Assembly: GCF_000010625.1 (NCBI RefSeq)
Contig: NC_010296.1
Location: 5,760,001 to 5,792,000, forward strand
DNA: 32,000 nt
Direction: 5' to 3'
Source: Microcystis aeruginosa NIES-843
Lineage (GTDB): Bacteria > Cyanobacteriota > Cyanobacteriia > Cyanobacteriales > Microcystaceae
The notes beneath the pieces were generated by a model. The model worked only from the letters and a program-made list of their open reading frames with translations. It was not told the DNA's origin and did no database searches. Positions 8,430 to 16,120 of this stretch are shown here, piece by piece. The position numbers were made by a program, and so were the translations under genes. How positions within the stretch are numbered: the stretch's first letter is position 1; every line of letters begins with the position of its first letter.

Positions 8430-9170
8430 TTATGTATTTTCGTTTTCTGTCTCCCAATCTAAATCATCTAGCATCTTCAACAATAAATCGATGAATACGA
8501 TAATTGCTCCACCCTCCTCTGGTTTAGGATCGATGAATCGATGAGCGTAACGATTACGAAAAATCTTCATTGTACCCGAATATAAATCACGGTATGCCTC
8601 TAATTCTTCTGATGGAAGCTTATCTTTTTGTACAGATTTATTGCTTCCAAAAATTAGGTTAACAATACCATTACCCGTGGCTTTTTGATTAATATTATCA
8701 ATCTTTCCCAGTTTCCTCATGCGGTCTTCTAAAATCACTGTCGCATTGCGAATCGCAGTATCCCACGCTTTTGGATTATCTCCACCCGCACTCACAGAAA
8801 AACGGACTCTCTCCCATAGTTCGCAGTCTAAATGTTCAACTTCAGTCAAGGGAATTAGATGACGAATAGCCGAGCGATTGGGTTCAGCAAAGTTAGAATC
8901 AACCGCTTCATAAGCTTTTCCTGTTAGAGCGCCCTTGTATTGAACGGACTTCGAGTCTTTTTTTTGCCATTTAACATAATCATATTCTTCTAATATATCG
9001 AAGGTTGCGAATTCGACATAAGGAGGGCTATCAAAACCATTGTAATCTACCCAAAGATGACTGTTAACAGTCGGACAGTAGTACCAAATACAGTCCTCTT
9101 TAAGATGATCAGCCCGTACTTCTTTAACTATCCATCGCAAAAGGTTTTTTTGATTTTCTGTTAAACGCAT
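8430..9170 (-). CDS. TIGR02391 (Hypoth_Ymh) family C-terminal domain fused to an uncharacterised ~130-aa N-terminal domain
   Basis: The C-terminus AWDTAIRNATVILEDRMRKL....YRDLYSGTMKIFRNRYAHRF....GAIIVFIDLLLKMLD matches the family as I recall it (RN..AH core). I chose the start at ATG 9170 (MRLTENQKNLL), which is preceded by GGAGG at the right spacing. The longer track ORF (to 9290) runs into a MITE. Confidence 0.65.
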   Translation of the reverse strand: MRLTENQKNLLRWIVKEVRADHLKEDCIWYYCPTVNSHLWVDYNGFDSPPYVEFATFDILEEYDYVKWQKKDSKSVQYKGALTGKAYEAVDSNFAEPNRSAIRHLIPLTEVEHLDCELWERVRFSVSAGGDNPKAWDTAIRNATVILEDRMRKLGKIDNINQKATGNGIVNLIFGSNKSVQKDKLPSEELEAYRDLYSGTMKIFRNRYAHRFIDPKPEEGGAIIVFIDLLLKMLDDLDWETENENT

Positions 9171-9254
9171 ATTTACGCCTCCAAAAATAATTAACAGTAC
9201 TATTATACTATGTAGTTTTGATTTTCGTAACGGGAATTTGCTAAAACCGACATC

Positions 9255-9480
9255 TATATAGGGTCTGCTGAAAAAGTACGGGCGAAGCATTCGGATAGAA
9301 AATCTACGGTTTCACCGATAGGTTATTGCCCGAATGCTTCGCCCCTACAGGACACGGGCCGATGAAGACGCAAGGTTTTGAACGAAGATTCTCTCAAAAT
9401 CTTGCACCTGTGAGAGCAAAACAGAACCCTAAAACCCTTACCTCGTCTATATTTCACATTTATTCAGCAAGCCCTATATA
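9255..9480. mobile_element. MITE-like element (226 bp) with 18-bp terminal inverted repeats and nested palindromes
   Basis: The TIRs are tatatagggtctgctgaa (9255-9272) and ttcagcaagccctatata (9463-9480), matching 16/18. There is an internal 15-bp perfect stem gggcgaagcattcgg (9280-9294) / ccgaatgcttcgccc (9330-9344), plus a gcaaggtttt/aaaatcttgc stem. It has no coding capacity. Confidence 0.6.
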
Positions 9481-9543
9481 AATCCCTCGGATAGGTGAAA
9501 CTGTTTCTATGAATAGTGAAATTTGATACAGTCAACCAATTTT

Positions 9544-9729
9544 TTACACTTCCGTTTTTTTGGCAAGTTTTGGCGGAATTTGCTCGGCTGTTAAGGTGAC
9601 AATTTGGCCATCTTTGAAAATGCTGATAGACTCTCCTAAGAGGCGGTGTCTCTCAATTGCTTCTGCGATTGCGACTCTAACACCTGTATCGATTCGTTCC
9701 GATAATTTATCAGGAATTGGCTCAGTCAT
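9544..9729 (-). CDS. Small (61 aa) hypothetical protein, probable partner (antitoxin-like) of the zeta/COG4185-type ATPase
   Basis: The ATG at 9729-9727 overlaps (ATGACTGA) the stop of the C-terminal remnant of the upstream ATPase frame. The sequence ..VRVAIAEAIERHRLLGESISIFKDGQIVTL.. resembles small partners I recall next to such ATPases. Confidence 0.5.
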   Translation of the reverse strand: MTEPIPDKLSERIDTGVRVAIAEAIERHRLLGESISIFKDGQIVTLTAEQIPPKLAKKTEV

Positions 9730-10089
9730 GGGCTGCCTCGGTTATTTGTTGCCAGATAGAGGAGTCATAGTTGACATCCTCGCCGCCCTAAAAGTGCGGC
9801 GATTCCTAAACCTCACGATTTAAGTTTCTGCTTCCACCACCGTCGCATACCACAGTTAAAAAACCATGTACTGTCTTACACAGAGTCCACAGACTTTCGC
9901 CCCATTTCAGAAGCCCGATTCCGTGTGTCCCACGGTACGTTGACCGCCTATAGCTTCTTGTACTTGTTGCGCGCGACTTTTTACCCGGCCAAGCTTTTCT
10001 GGTCGGAACCCCCTAAGCCTAGTTTTCAAGGTGCTGCGCCGTCCACTTGGTTTTCGAGACTGGCCTTTTAATTCTAACGTAAAGCCAAC

Positions 10090-10548
10090 CTAGAACGGCG
10101 GGGTTTCAGACCCAAAATTTCCGATGAGGTTAATGCGTCCCCGCTCATAACGACGACGAACCACATCTTCAGGAATATTATGACCGCCACTGGCTACCCT
10201 TCTGTGAACTCTCTCTAAAGCTAATTCTGGACTTTGTAGCCAAAAATAAATAAGATTGAGCCTATAGCCAGAACTGCGACAGTCTCTCAAAAAACGGGCA
10301 AAATGTCGGGCTGCCAGGGTGCTTTCAAAGGCAAAATCTATTCCTTGGCACTTCAGTGTTACCAGCCTTTCTAACATCAACCGTCCTGCTTGGATAGCAA
10401 CCGACTCAGGATTAAAAGGTGAGAGTCCGGCGGCAATTTCATCGGCGTTAACGTACTCGATAACGCCTAAAAAGTTGGGTAAAAGTTTTTTAGCGATGGT
10501 GGTTTTCCCGGAACCATTGGGGCCACCAATTAGATAAACGTCAGACAC
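10090..10548 (-). CDS. Zeta-toxin/COG4185-like P-loop kinase/ATPase, apparently 3'-truncated (probable pseudogene; see findings)
   Basis: GTG start. It has Walker A GGPNGSGKTT and the motifs EYVNADEIA, FAFESTLA, GGHNIPEDVVRRRYERG. It ends abruptly at ..INLIGNFGSETPPF*, about 40 aa short of what I remember for the family. Confidence 0.7.
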   Translation of the reverse strand: MSDVYLIGGPNGSGKTTIAKKLLPNFLGVIEYVNADEIAAGLSPFNPESVAIQAGRLMLERLVTLKCQGIDFAFESTLAARHFARFLRDCRSSGYRLNLIYFWLQSPELALERVHRRVASGGHNIPEDVVRRRYERGRINLIGNFGSETPPF

Positions 10549-10904
10549 GAGGGAAAAGCTCGTCCTCCAGATTATTTTGAGATAACCTCGAACTAAGTAC
10601 CAGTGGTACCAGTTTACCAGAAGTGGCTACTCTCCTAGATGATGGTAATCTGACAACATTTGGCGATGACGGTTGCCAAGAGGTTTTCACTAATCTCGAT
10701 CGAATTCGTTACCCTGAAAAATCCTGTATTTTTTAACAAGTCAGACTAAATCTTTCAAGGAGGACTTGAAAAATTGCCTTGGCATAAGTTGCTATTTGAG
10801 AGATAAAAATATAGAAGCAGCTGATTATTTACTAACCTACTTTTTTTAATTTTTAACGGGTTAGGACTGAGATATACTGAAATTGTTGCTTATAGATCAC
10901 TACT

Positions 10905-12440
10905 ATGGGACGTTTAGCGCTGATCAGCGTCACTGACAAAACCGGAATAGTTGACTTTGCCCGTCAGCTAACAGAAGAATTTGATTTTGAAATTATTAGC
11001 AGTGGAGGAACCGCCAAAACGCTCCAATCGGCGGGAATTCCCGTGATTAAAGTGGGAGAATATACAGGATCTCCTGAAATCTTGGGCGGAAGGGTGAAAA
11101 CTCTCCATCCTCGCATCCATGGCGGTATTTTGGCTAGACGGGATTGGCAGTCAGATTTAGCGGAAATGGAGGCTAATCAAATTCGTCCTTTTGATTTGGT
11201 GGTGGTTAATCTCTATCCCTTTGAACAGACGATCGCTAATCCTGATGTTACCACCGCTCAGGCGATCGAACAAATCGATATCGGTGGTCCGGCGATGTTA
11301 CGCGCCTCAGCTAAAAATTTCGCCCATTTGACTGTCATCAGTAACCCGAAGTATTACGAGCAGTATTTAAGCCAATTACGGCAAAATAACGGCGAAATCT
11401 CCCTGGAATTCCGTCAAAAAATGGCGGGGGAAACCTTCGCTTTAACCAATGCCTACGATGGTGCGATCGCTGCCTATTTCGCCAGCTTAAACGGGGAAAC
11501 GACTCGCTTTAATTTGGCAGGAAATGCCCTGCAAACCCTGCGTTACGGCGAAAATCCCCACCAAAGTGCCACTTGGTACGGCAGCGGTACAATGGCTCAA
11601 GGTTGGGGAAAAGCGACCTTATTACAGGGAAAAGAACTAAGTTATAACAATTTAGTCGATTTAGAAGCAGCCCGCCGTTTAATCGCCGAATTCGGCAGTG
11701 AAGAACCGGCCGCCGCTATCTTGAAACACACTAATCCCTGTGGGGTGGCGATCGGTGGTAGTTTAGTGGAAGCTTATACTAAAGCTTTTAACGCCGATGC
11801 TATCTCGGCTTTTGGGGGTATTGTTGCCCTAAATCAAGCCATAGACGAAGCAACCGCTAAAGAATTAACGAAAACCTTCCTAGAATGCGTGGTTGCCCCC
11901 GATTGTAGCCCTGAAGCCCAGGATATCCTCGCTAAAAAGTCAAAAGTGCGGATTTTATTACTGCCGGACTTAACCACGGGAGAAAAACAAACAGTAAAAG
12001 TTATCGCTGGCGGTTTTCTAGTACAAGCGGCCGATGACGTGGTAGAAACCCCGGATGAGTGGCGAGTGGTGACAGAAAAACAACCTACCCCCGCACAATT
12101 AGCGGAATTGCTGTTTGCTTGGAAGGTATCTAAGCACGTTAAATCTAACGCTATTGTAGTGACAAAAAATCAAACTACTTTAGGCGTTGGTGCGGGGCAA
12201 ATGAATCGCGTTGGTTCGGTGAAAATTGCCCTTGAACAAGCAGCAGAAGCGGCTAAAGGTGGCTATTTAGCTAGTGATGGTTTTTTCCCCTTTGATGATT
12301 CTGTTCGCACGGCAGCCCAGTTTGGTATCGAGGCAATTGTTCAACCCGGAGGTTCTTTAAAAGATCAGGATTCAATTAATGCCGCTAATGAGTTAGGTTT
12401 AATTATGGTCTTAACAGGCATTCGTCATTTCTTGCATTAA
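10905..12440 (+). CDS. purH: Bifunctional AICAR transformylase / IMP cyclohydrolase
   Basis: 511 aa. The motifs ALISVTDKTG, GGRVKTLHP.IHGGIL, NLYPF, DIGGPAMLRA.AKN and a C-terminal RHF.H are classic PurH signatures. Confidence 0.95.
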   Translation: MGRLALISVTDKTGIVDFARQLTEEFDFEIISSGGTAKTLQSAGIPVIKVGEYTGSPEILGGRVKTLHPRIHGGILARRDWQSDLAEMEANQIRPFDLVVVNLYPFEQTIANPDVTTAQAIEQIDIGGPAMLRASAKNFAHLTVISNPKYYEQYLSQLRQNNGEISLEFRQKMAGETFALTNAYDGAIAAYFASLNGETTRFNLAGNALQTLRYGENPHQSATWYGSGTMAQGWGKATLLQGKELSYNNLVDLEAARRLIAEFGSEEPAAAILKHTNPCGVAIGGSLVEAYTKAFNADAISAFGGIVALNQAIDEATAKELTKTFLECVVAPDCSPEAQDILAKKSKVRILLLPDLTTGEKQTVKVIAGGFLVQAADDVVETPDEWRVVTEKQPTPAQLAELLFAWKVSKHVKSNAIVVTKNQTTLGVGAGQMNRVGSVKIALEQAAEAAKGGYLASDGFFPFDDSVRTAAQFGIEAIVQPGGSLKDQDSINAANELGLIMVLTGIRHFLH

Positions 12441-12450
12441 TATAAAGTTA

Positions 12451-12480
12451 GGGTGTGTTATTGCTTAAATTAACGCACCC
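12451..12480 (+). terminator. Hairpin gggtgtgtta-N10-taacgcaccc downstream of purH
   Basis: 10-bp stem with one G.U pair that exists only in the + strand RNA. It has no clear U tract and belongs to the GGGTG..CACCC hairpin family seen elsewhere in the window. Confidence 0.4.
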
Positions 12481-12511
12481 CAACCAGTTATTAATTATCG
12501 GTTAATTTCCC

Positions 12512-13405
12512 CTATTCAATGGTCTTAAATTCACCAAAAGCGCGAGGATGGCCAGCTTTTTGGTAACAAAGAAAATAGCGCGCGGGTTCGTAATGATTTT
12601 CAGCACTAAAAGGGGAACAGAAATGATCTGCAAGTAAATCTTCTCGCACAAAGAAAGCATTTACTCCCGAAAAACTACAACCCACCAGTTTATAACCCTG
12701 TTGATGACCAAGTTTTTCTAAAGCTTTCAAACTTGATCCCATATGACTATTATATTTCCATTGGTGACTAGGATTATACTGCATCACCCAACTGGATTCG
12801 GGGGTATAAATAGCATTATATTCGAGAATTACCACCCGGGGACGATAATTAGTAATTGCTTGCCAGACCCAATAATCATTACCATCAATATCAATGGATA
12901 ATAGATCTAATTCTGTCGGTACATTGCCCTCTCGAAACAAGTCTTCAATATTTGCGGCAGTGATGAAAGTATTTTTTAAAGTTAATTGTTGGTTAGCAAT
13001 TAAATCTTTAAAAGATTGGCGAATACTTTTACAAAATCGCTCACTGCCTTCAATCCAATAACCTTGCCATCCTTTCACTAACAAATAGGCACTATTATTT
13101 TCTAAACCGTTACCAACTCCAAATTCCACAAAGAATTTATTTGTGGTTCCAATCCGATTAAAAATCTCGCTAATAATGCCATCTTCTCCCGCTTGGGAAA
13201 AAACCTTAAATTCGTAGCGGTTTAGTTTTTTAGGGTTATCATATTTTGGGTTTTTATGCAAGTTTTCTATCAGATAATTATCAATTTGTAACTCTGCTAG
13301 TATATCTTGATATTTTGAGGAAGAACTATTCAGAGACTTAAGGTTTTTAAGAATCTCTGGGATTGCTTGCCAAGGTGCTGCCATATTTTTGAGAAAGGTT
13401 TTCAT
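12512..13405 (-). CDS. Putative SAM-dependent methyltransferase (FkbM-like fold), function unknown
   Basis: 297 aa. The block FSQAGEDGIISEIFNRIGTTNKFFVEFGVGNG followed by LLSIDIDGNDYWVW and VVILEYN is a pattern I associate with FkbM-like or uncharacterised methyltransferases. It is AT-rich relative to the neighbouring purH. Confidence 0.45.
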   Translation of the reverse strand: MKTFLKNMAAPWQAIPEILKNLKSLNSSSSKYQDILAELQIDNYLIENLHKNPKYDNPKKLNRYEFKVFSQAGEDGIISEIFNRIGTTNKFFVEFGVGNGLENNSAYLLVKGWQGYWIEGSERFCKSIRQSFKDLIANQQLTLKNTFITAANIEDLFREGNVPTELDLLSIDIDGNDYWVWQAITNYRPRVVILEYNAIYTPESSWVMQYNPSHQWKYNSHMGSSLKALEKLGHQQGYKLVGCSFSGVNAFFVREDLLADHFCSPFSAENHYEPARYFLCYQKAGHPRAFGEFKTIE

Positions 13406-13420
13406 GGATTTTAACTACAA

Positions 13421-14640
13421 TAGAACTCTTGCAAATTAATTATATGTTATAATGATGGGTTAACTAATTTTCCCCAAAAAATTAGTTAATCAGTACATTT
13501 GTCCTGAATGAAAACTTGAAGTTTAACTTTTAACTCAAAACTCTTTAGAGCTGCTTTAATTTGGTTATCAAAACCTCTTTATTTAAGCGGCACAAACTAT
13601 CTCAATTATAAAAATTGAGAATAAATTCTCCTTGACTTGATTAATCTTTAGGCAACTTTTAAGAAGCTGCTATACCTATCCCTAACTCACAGTTATAAAT
13701 AGCCGCCAACAAGTTAACTCTTAAACTATATCTTCGACGACGATTCCGATATTTACAGGATAAGATTTTAAAGATTTTGAGTTTCCTATTTATAGGTTCA
13801 ATGATAATCCTTTCTTTGGCTAAAGCCTTGTTATACTCTTTTTCTAACTCTGTTAATTTTCTATTTTTCGATTTCTTTTTCGGTGTATAACTATTACTAT
13901 GGTATGCAGCTATTCCCTGATAACCACTGTCTTCTATGCTGGTAGTTAAAGGATGAAAACGAACTCGACTTTTTTTAAATAAACTAAAATCATGACCTCT
14001 ACCTTTCCCACAAAAGACACAGATAATTTCCTTTGTATTTTGATCAGCTACTAATTGGGATTTTAAAGTATGATAACCTCTTTTACCCCCCAAAAAATCT
14101 TTCTGTTTCTTTTGGGGGCGTTCAATGGGAGTTTCCGTTACATCCATTACCGTTATGACCGGTATCTCTGCTTGATTGAGTAAAGCTTTTTTTCCTTTTA
14201 AACGGAAGTTTCCCGATTGTAAAAGCATTTTTTCCGTCTTATTTACAATCCGACATATAGTTGATTCTGATAGTTCCCAGCTTGTACCAATGTGAAAATA
14301 TGTTCTATATTCTCGCCAATATTCTAACGTTACTAAAACTTGTTCTTCTATAGATAGTTTAGGTTTCGGTCCCCTTTTAGATGGTGAATTAGAGTCGGCT
14401 TCAACACTTTTTACTGATTCTACCATCTTTCTATAGGTTTGTTTATACACACCGAAACGGCGTTTGAATTGTTCATCTGATAAGTTTTGATAATCCATAA
14501 TTTTGCTAATAAACATAGCAAAATTATAGATGATTTCCTGACCTAAGATCACATTTTATTCTTTTTTCCACTTCAATCTAAGAATTGAGAAAAAAGCAAA
14601 ACCTTATATTATACCATAAAAAAATTATGCAAGAGGTCTA
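13421..14640 (-). mobile_element. IS5-family (DDE_Tnp_4/Harbinger-like) insertion sequence, ~1220 bp
   Basis: The imperfect terminal inverted repeats are tagaactcttgcaaattaattatatgttataat (13421-13453) and the reverse complement of 14608-14640 (tagacctcttgcataatttttttatggtataat), matching 26/33. It has a single transposase ORF. The target duplication is ambiguous (possibly TA). Confidence 0.65.
13659..14498 (-). CDS. IS5-family DDE transposase
   Basis: Candidate catalytic residues sit in VMDVTETPIERP, SIEDSGYQGI and ERIIIEPINRKLKIFKIL. The N-terminal HTH is ..FKRRFGVYKQTYRKMVE... I chose the start at MDYQNL (ATG 14498); the ORF is open to 14552 with alternative ATGs at 14516 and 14552. Confidence 0.8.
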   Translation of the reverse strand: MDYQNLSDEQFKRRFGVYKQTYRKMVESVKSVEADSNSPSKRGPKPKLSIEEQVLVTLEYWREYRTYFHIGTSWELSESTICRIVNKTEKMLLQSGNFRLKGKKALLNQAEIPVITVMDVTETPIERPQKKQKDFLGGKRGYHTLKSQLVADQNTKEIICVFCGKGRGHDFSLFKKSRVRFHPLTTSIEDSGYQGIAAYHSNSYTPKKKSKNRKLTELEKEYNKALAKERIIIEPINRKLKIFKILSCKYRNRRRRYSLRVNLLAAIYNCELGIGIAAS

Positions 14641-14693
14641 ATTAACGAGTATTTTTGGATTCAATGGGTTGATTAGTGCGATCGCCGATCTTG

Positions 14694-14801
14694 TAGGGTG
14701 CGTTCCCTAATCTGGATCCTACTGCTCCACCGATCGATTTTTGGGAACGCACCATGCCCATAGATTGAAGTTGTGAGTTTAAGTGCGATGCCGAAGGCAC
14801 T
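14694..14801 (+). repeat. 108-bp structured repeat, copy 1 (direct repeat flanking vapBC)
   Basis: 102/108 identical to 15527-15634. It contains an 11-bp stem ggtgcgttccc (14697-14707) / gggaacgcacc (14743-14753) with a 35-nt loop. Confidence 0.85.
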
Positions 14802-14931
14802 ACGCCATTGCCGTATGTAGCTTAAAGCTTGAGAGCCAACTAACAAAGATATGCCCAGAGGTGGGTTAGTCATCTATCGGATTAAAATGTAAAGAGAATA
14901 ATCACCCATACTTCAATCTAATATCCATCCT

Positions 14932-15144
14932 ATGCAAATTACCCTCAACCTTGATGAATCGCTTCTCAAGGAAGCCTTTCAACTGACTAACCTCACCACC
15001 CAAGAGGAACTAATGAATCTTGCTCTACAAGAATTCGTAAGATCCCGCCGTAAGAAAAACCTTCTCGACCTTGCCGGACAAATTCAATTTGCTCCAGATT
15101 TTGATTATAAAGCCCTACGTGAAACTCGTCATGTTGCTGATTGA
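14932..15144 (+). CDS. vapB: VapB-family (DUF2191-like) type II antitoxin
   Basis: 70 aa. MQITLNLDESLLKEAFQLT...TQEELMNLALQEFV is typical of this antitoxin family. It overlaps the PIN gene start by 14 nt. Confidence 0.8.
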   Translation: MQITLNLDESLLKEAFQLTNLTTQEELMNLALQEFVRSRRKKNLLDLAGQIQFAPDFDYKALRETRHVAD

Positions 15145-15529
15145 CACATCTGTGTGGATCAGCGTCTTCCGCGATCGCAGTGGTCAAGTTCGCCAGCAAC
15201 TGGAAACGTTAATTGCAAATCGTGAGATTTTACTCACCCGCTTTACCCAGCTTGAACTGCTTCAAGGGAGCTTAAACGAGCAAGAGTGGACAATCCTCTC
15301 TACTTACCTCGAAGTGCAGGATTATGTTGAACTCAGGCCTTCTTCCTGGCAAGCGGCTGCACGTATTTACTATGATCTGCGTCGTCAAGGATTGACTGTT
15401 CGCAGCCCAATTGATTGCTGTATTGCTCAAGCGGCACTGGAAAATGATCTGCTTCTGATTCACAACGACCGTGATTTTGAAACCATTGCTCAAGTGCGAT
15501 CTCTTCAAAATCTCCGTTTTCAGCCCTAG
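15131..15529 (+). CDS. vapC: PIN-domain toxin VapC
   Basis: MLLIDTSVWISVFRD..., ..LELLQG.., ..SPIDCCIAQAALEND.LLIHNDRDF are PIN motifs. I chose the start at ATG 15131 rather than the longer track ORF (15071), because homologues begin at the (I/L)DTSV motif. Confidence 0.85.
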   Translation: MLLIDTSVWISVFRDRSGQVRQQLETLIANREILLTRFTQLELLQGSLNEQEWTILSTYLEVQDYVELRPSSWQAAARIYYDLRRQGLTVRSPIDCCIAQAALENDLLLIHNDRDFETIAQVRSLQNLRFQP

Positions 15530-15634
15530 GGTGCGTTCCCTAATCTGGCTCCTACTGCTCCACCGATCGATTTTTGGGAACGCACCATGCCCATTGATTG
15601 AAGCTGTGAGTTTAGTTGCGATGCCGAAAGCACT
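15527..15634 (+). repeat. 108-bp structured repeat, copy 2
   Basis: Direct copy of 14694-14801. Its first three nt are the TAG stop of vapC. Confidence 0.85.
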
Positions 15635-15778
15635 GGTTGGTCTATCGGCGCGTTACGAGGGCAAGCCTAATCGTAATCAAATTCAGAATGGTACAGTCAC
15701 ACGAAGGTGGCATTGGAACAGTGGAAGAATGCAAACTAAAACCTGGGCTTGGAGCGCAAATTGGTGAAACTATCTTCA

Positions 15779-16120
15779 TTACAGTCCCATTAAGATTCTC
15801 AGTCTGTCTTCAACCAATGCCAGGGTTTCTGAGGATACAGTTCCCCATCGCTTCTCAAGTCGTTCTACTGAGATTGATCTTACGTCCTCGCACTTGATAA
15901 AACTTGGCATTTTCACTCCTCCCTCTGGGGGTTCCACTTTTATGTGAAAAGGGATTCCTTTGTCTTTAGAAGTTACTGGCAAAACAACAACTAAGCCAGA
16001 TGCACCCTGATTAAACAGGTCTGCTGAAATCACTAAACATGGACGCTTACCAGCCTGTTCATGCCCCCTTACTGGATTAAGATCTGCTAGCCATATTTCT
16101 CCTCTGGTAATTTCTGCCAC
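15779..16120 (-). CDS. mazF: MazF/PemK-family endoribonuclease toxin
   Basis: 113 aa with a GTG start. RGEIWLADLNPVRGHEQAGKRPCLVIS...VVLPVTS is the canonical PemK/MazF signature. Confidence 0.88.
   Translation of the reverse strand: MAEITRGEIWLADLNPVRGHEQAGKRPCLVISADLFNQGASGLVVVLPVTSKDKGIPFHIKVEPPEGGVKMPSFIKCEDVRSISVERLEKRWGTVSSETLALVEDRLRILMGL

Noticed and set aside
9171-9290. The first 40 codons of track ORF 8430..9290 (MLRPYFFSRPYIDVGF...).
   Set aside because: This extension runs into the MITE (9255-9480) and has odd composition. An internal ATG at 9170 has a GGAGG RBS and starts a sensible domain.
9779-10104. Group I intron, hammerhead, RNase P, tmRNA, SRP or cobalamin-riboswitch identity for the GC-rich ORF-free segment.
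   Set aside because: I found only weak look-alikes: ttcgagactgg vs the group I R element and agatagaggagtc vs the S element, but in the wrong order and on the wrong strand relative to the host gene, and ctgaaat instead of CUGAUGA. None of the conserved cores I remember for these RNAs is present. The segment is kept as an unexplained region in the findings.
10541-10690. 49-codon GTG-initiated minus-strand ORF whose TGA overlaps the GTG start of the zeta-like ATPase (GTGTCTGA). I considered it as a possible upstream antitoxin.
   Set aside because: Its Ser/Pro/Arg-rich composition is not protein-like. It has no convincing RBS and no similarity to the 61-aa partner. I cannot support it without homologues.
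10549-10904. ZTP (pfl) riboswitch upstream of purH.
   Set aside because: No GGGUCGUG or CCGCCUGGGC-type conserved segments are present. The region is AT-rich and unstructured by eye.
14673-14873. 66-aa minus-strand ORF, and likewise the + strand ORFs 15471..15767 and 15616..15897.
   Set aside because: They are translations of the 108-bp repeat copies and adjacent non-coding DNA, or run antisense to mazF. They have no RBS and no recognisable motif.
14694-15634. Interpretation of the 108-bp repeats as integron attC sites, which would make vapBC an integron cassette.
   Set aside because: I could not find RYYYAAC / GTTRRRY core sites at the repeat ends, and there is no integrase nearby. The cassette idea is kept only in its generic form.
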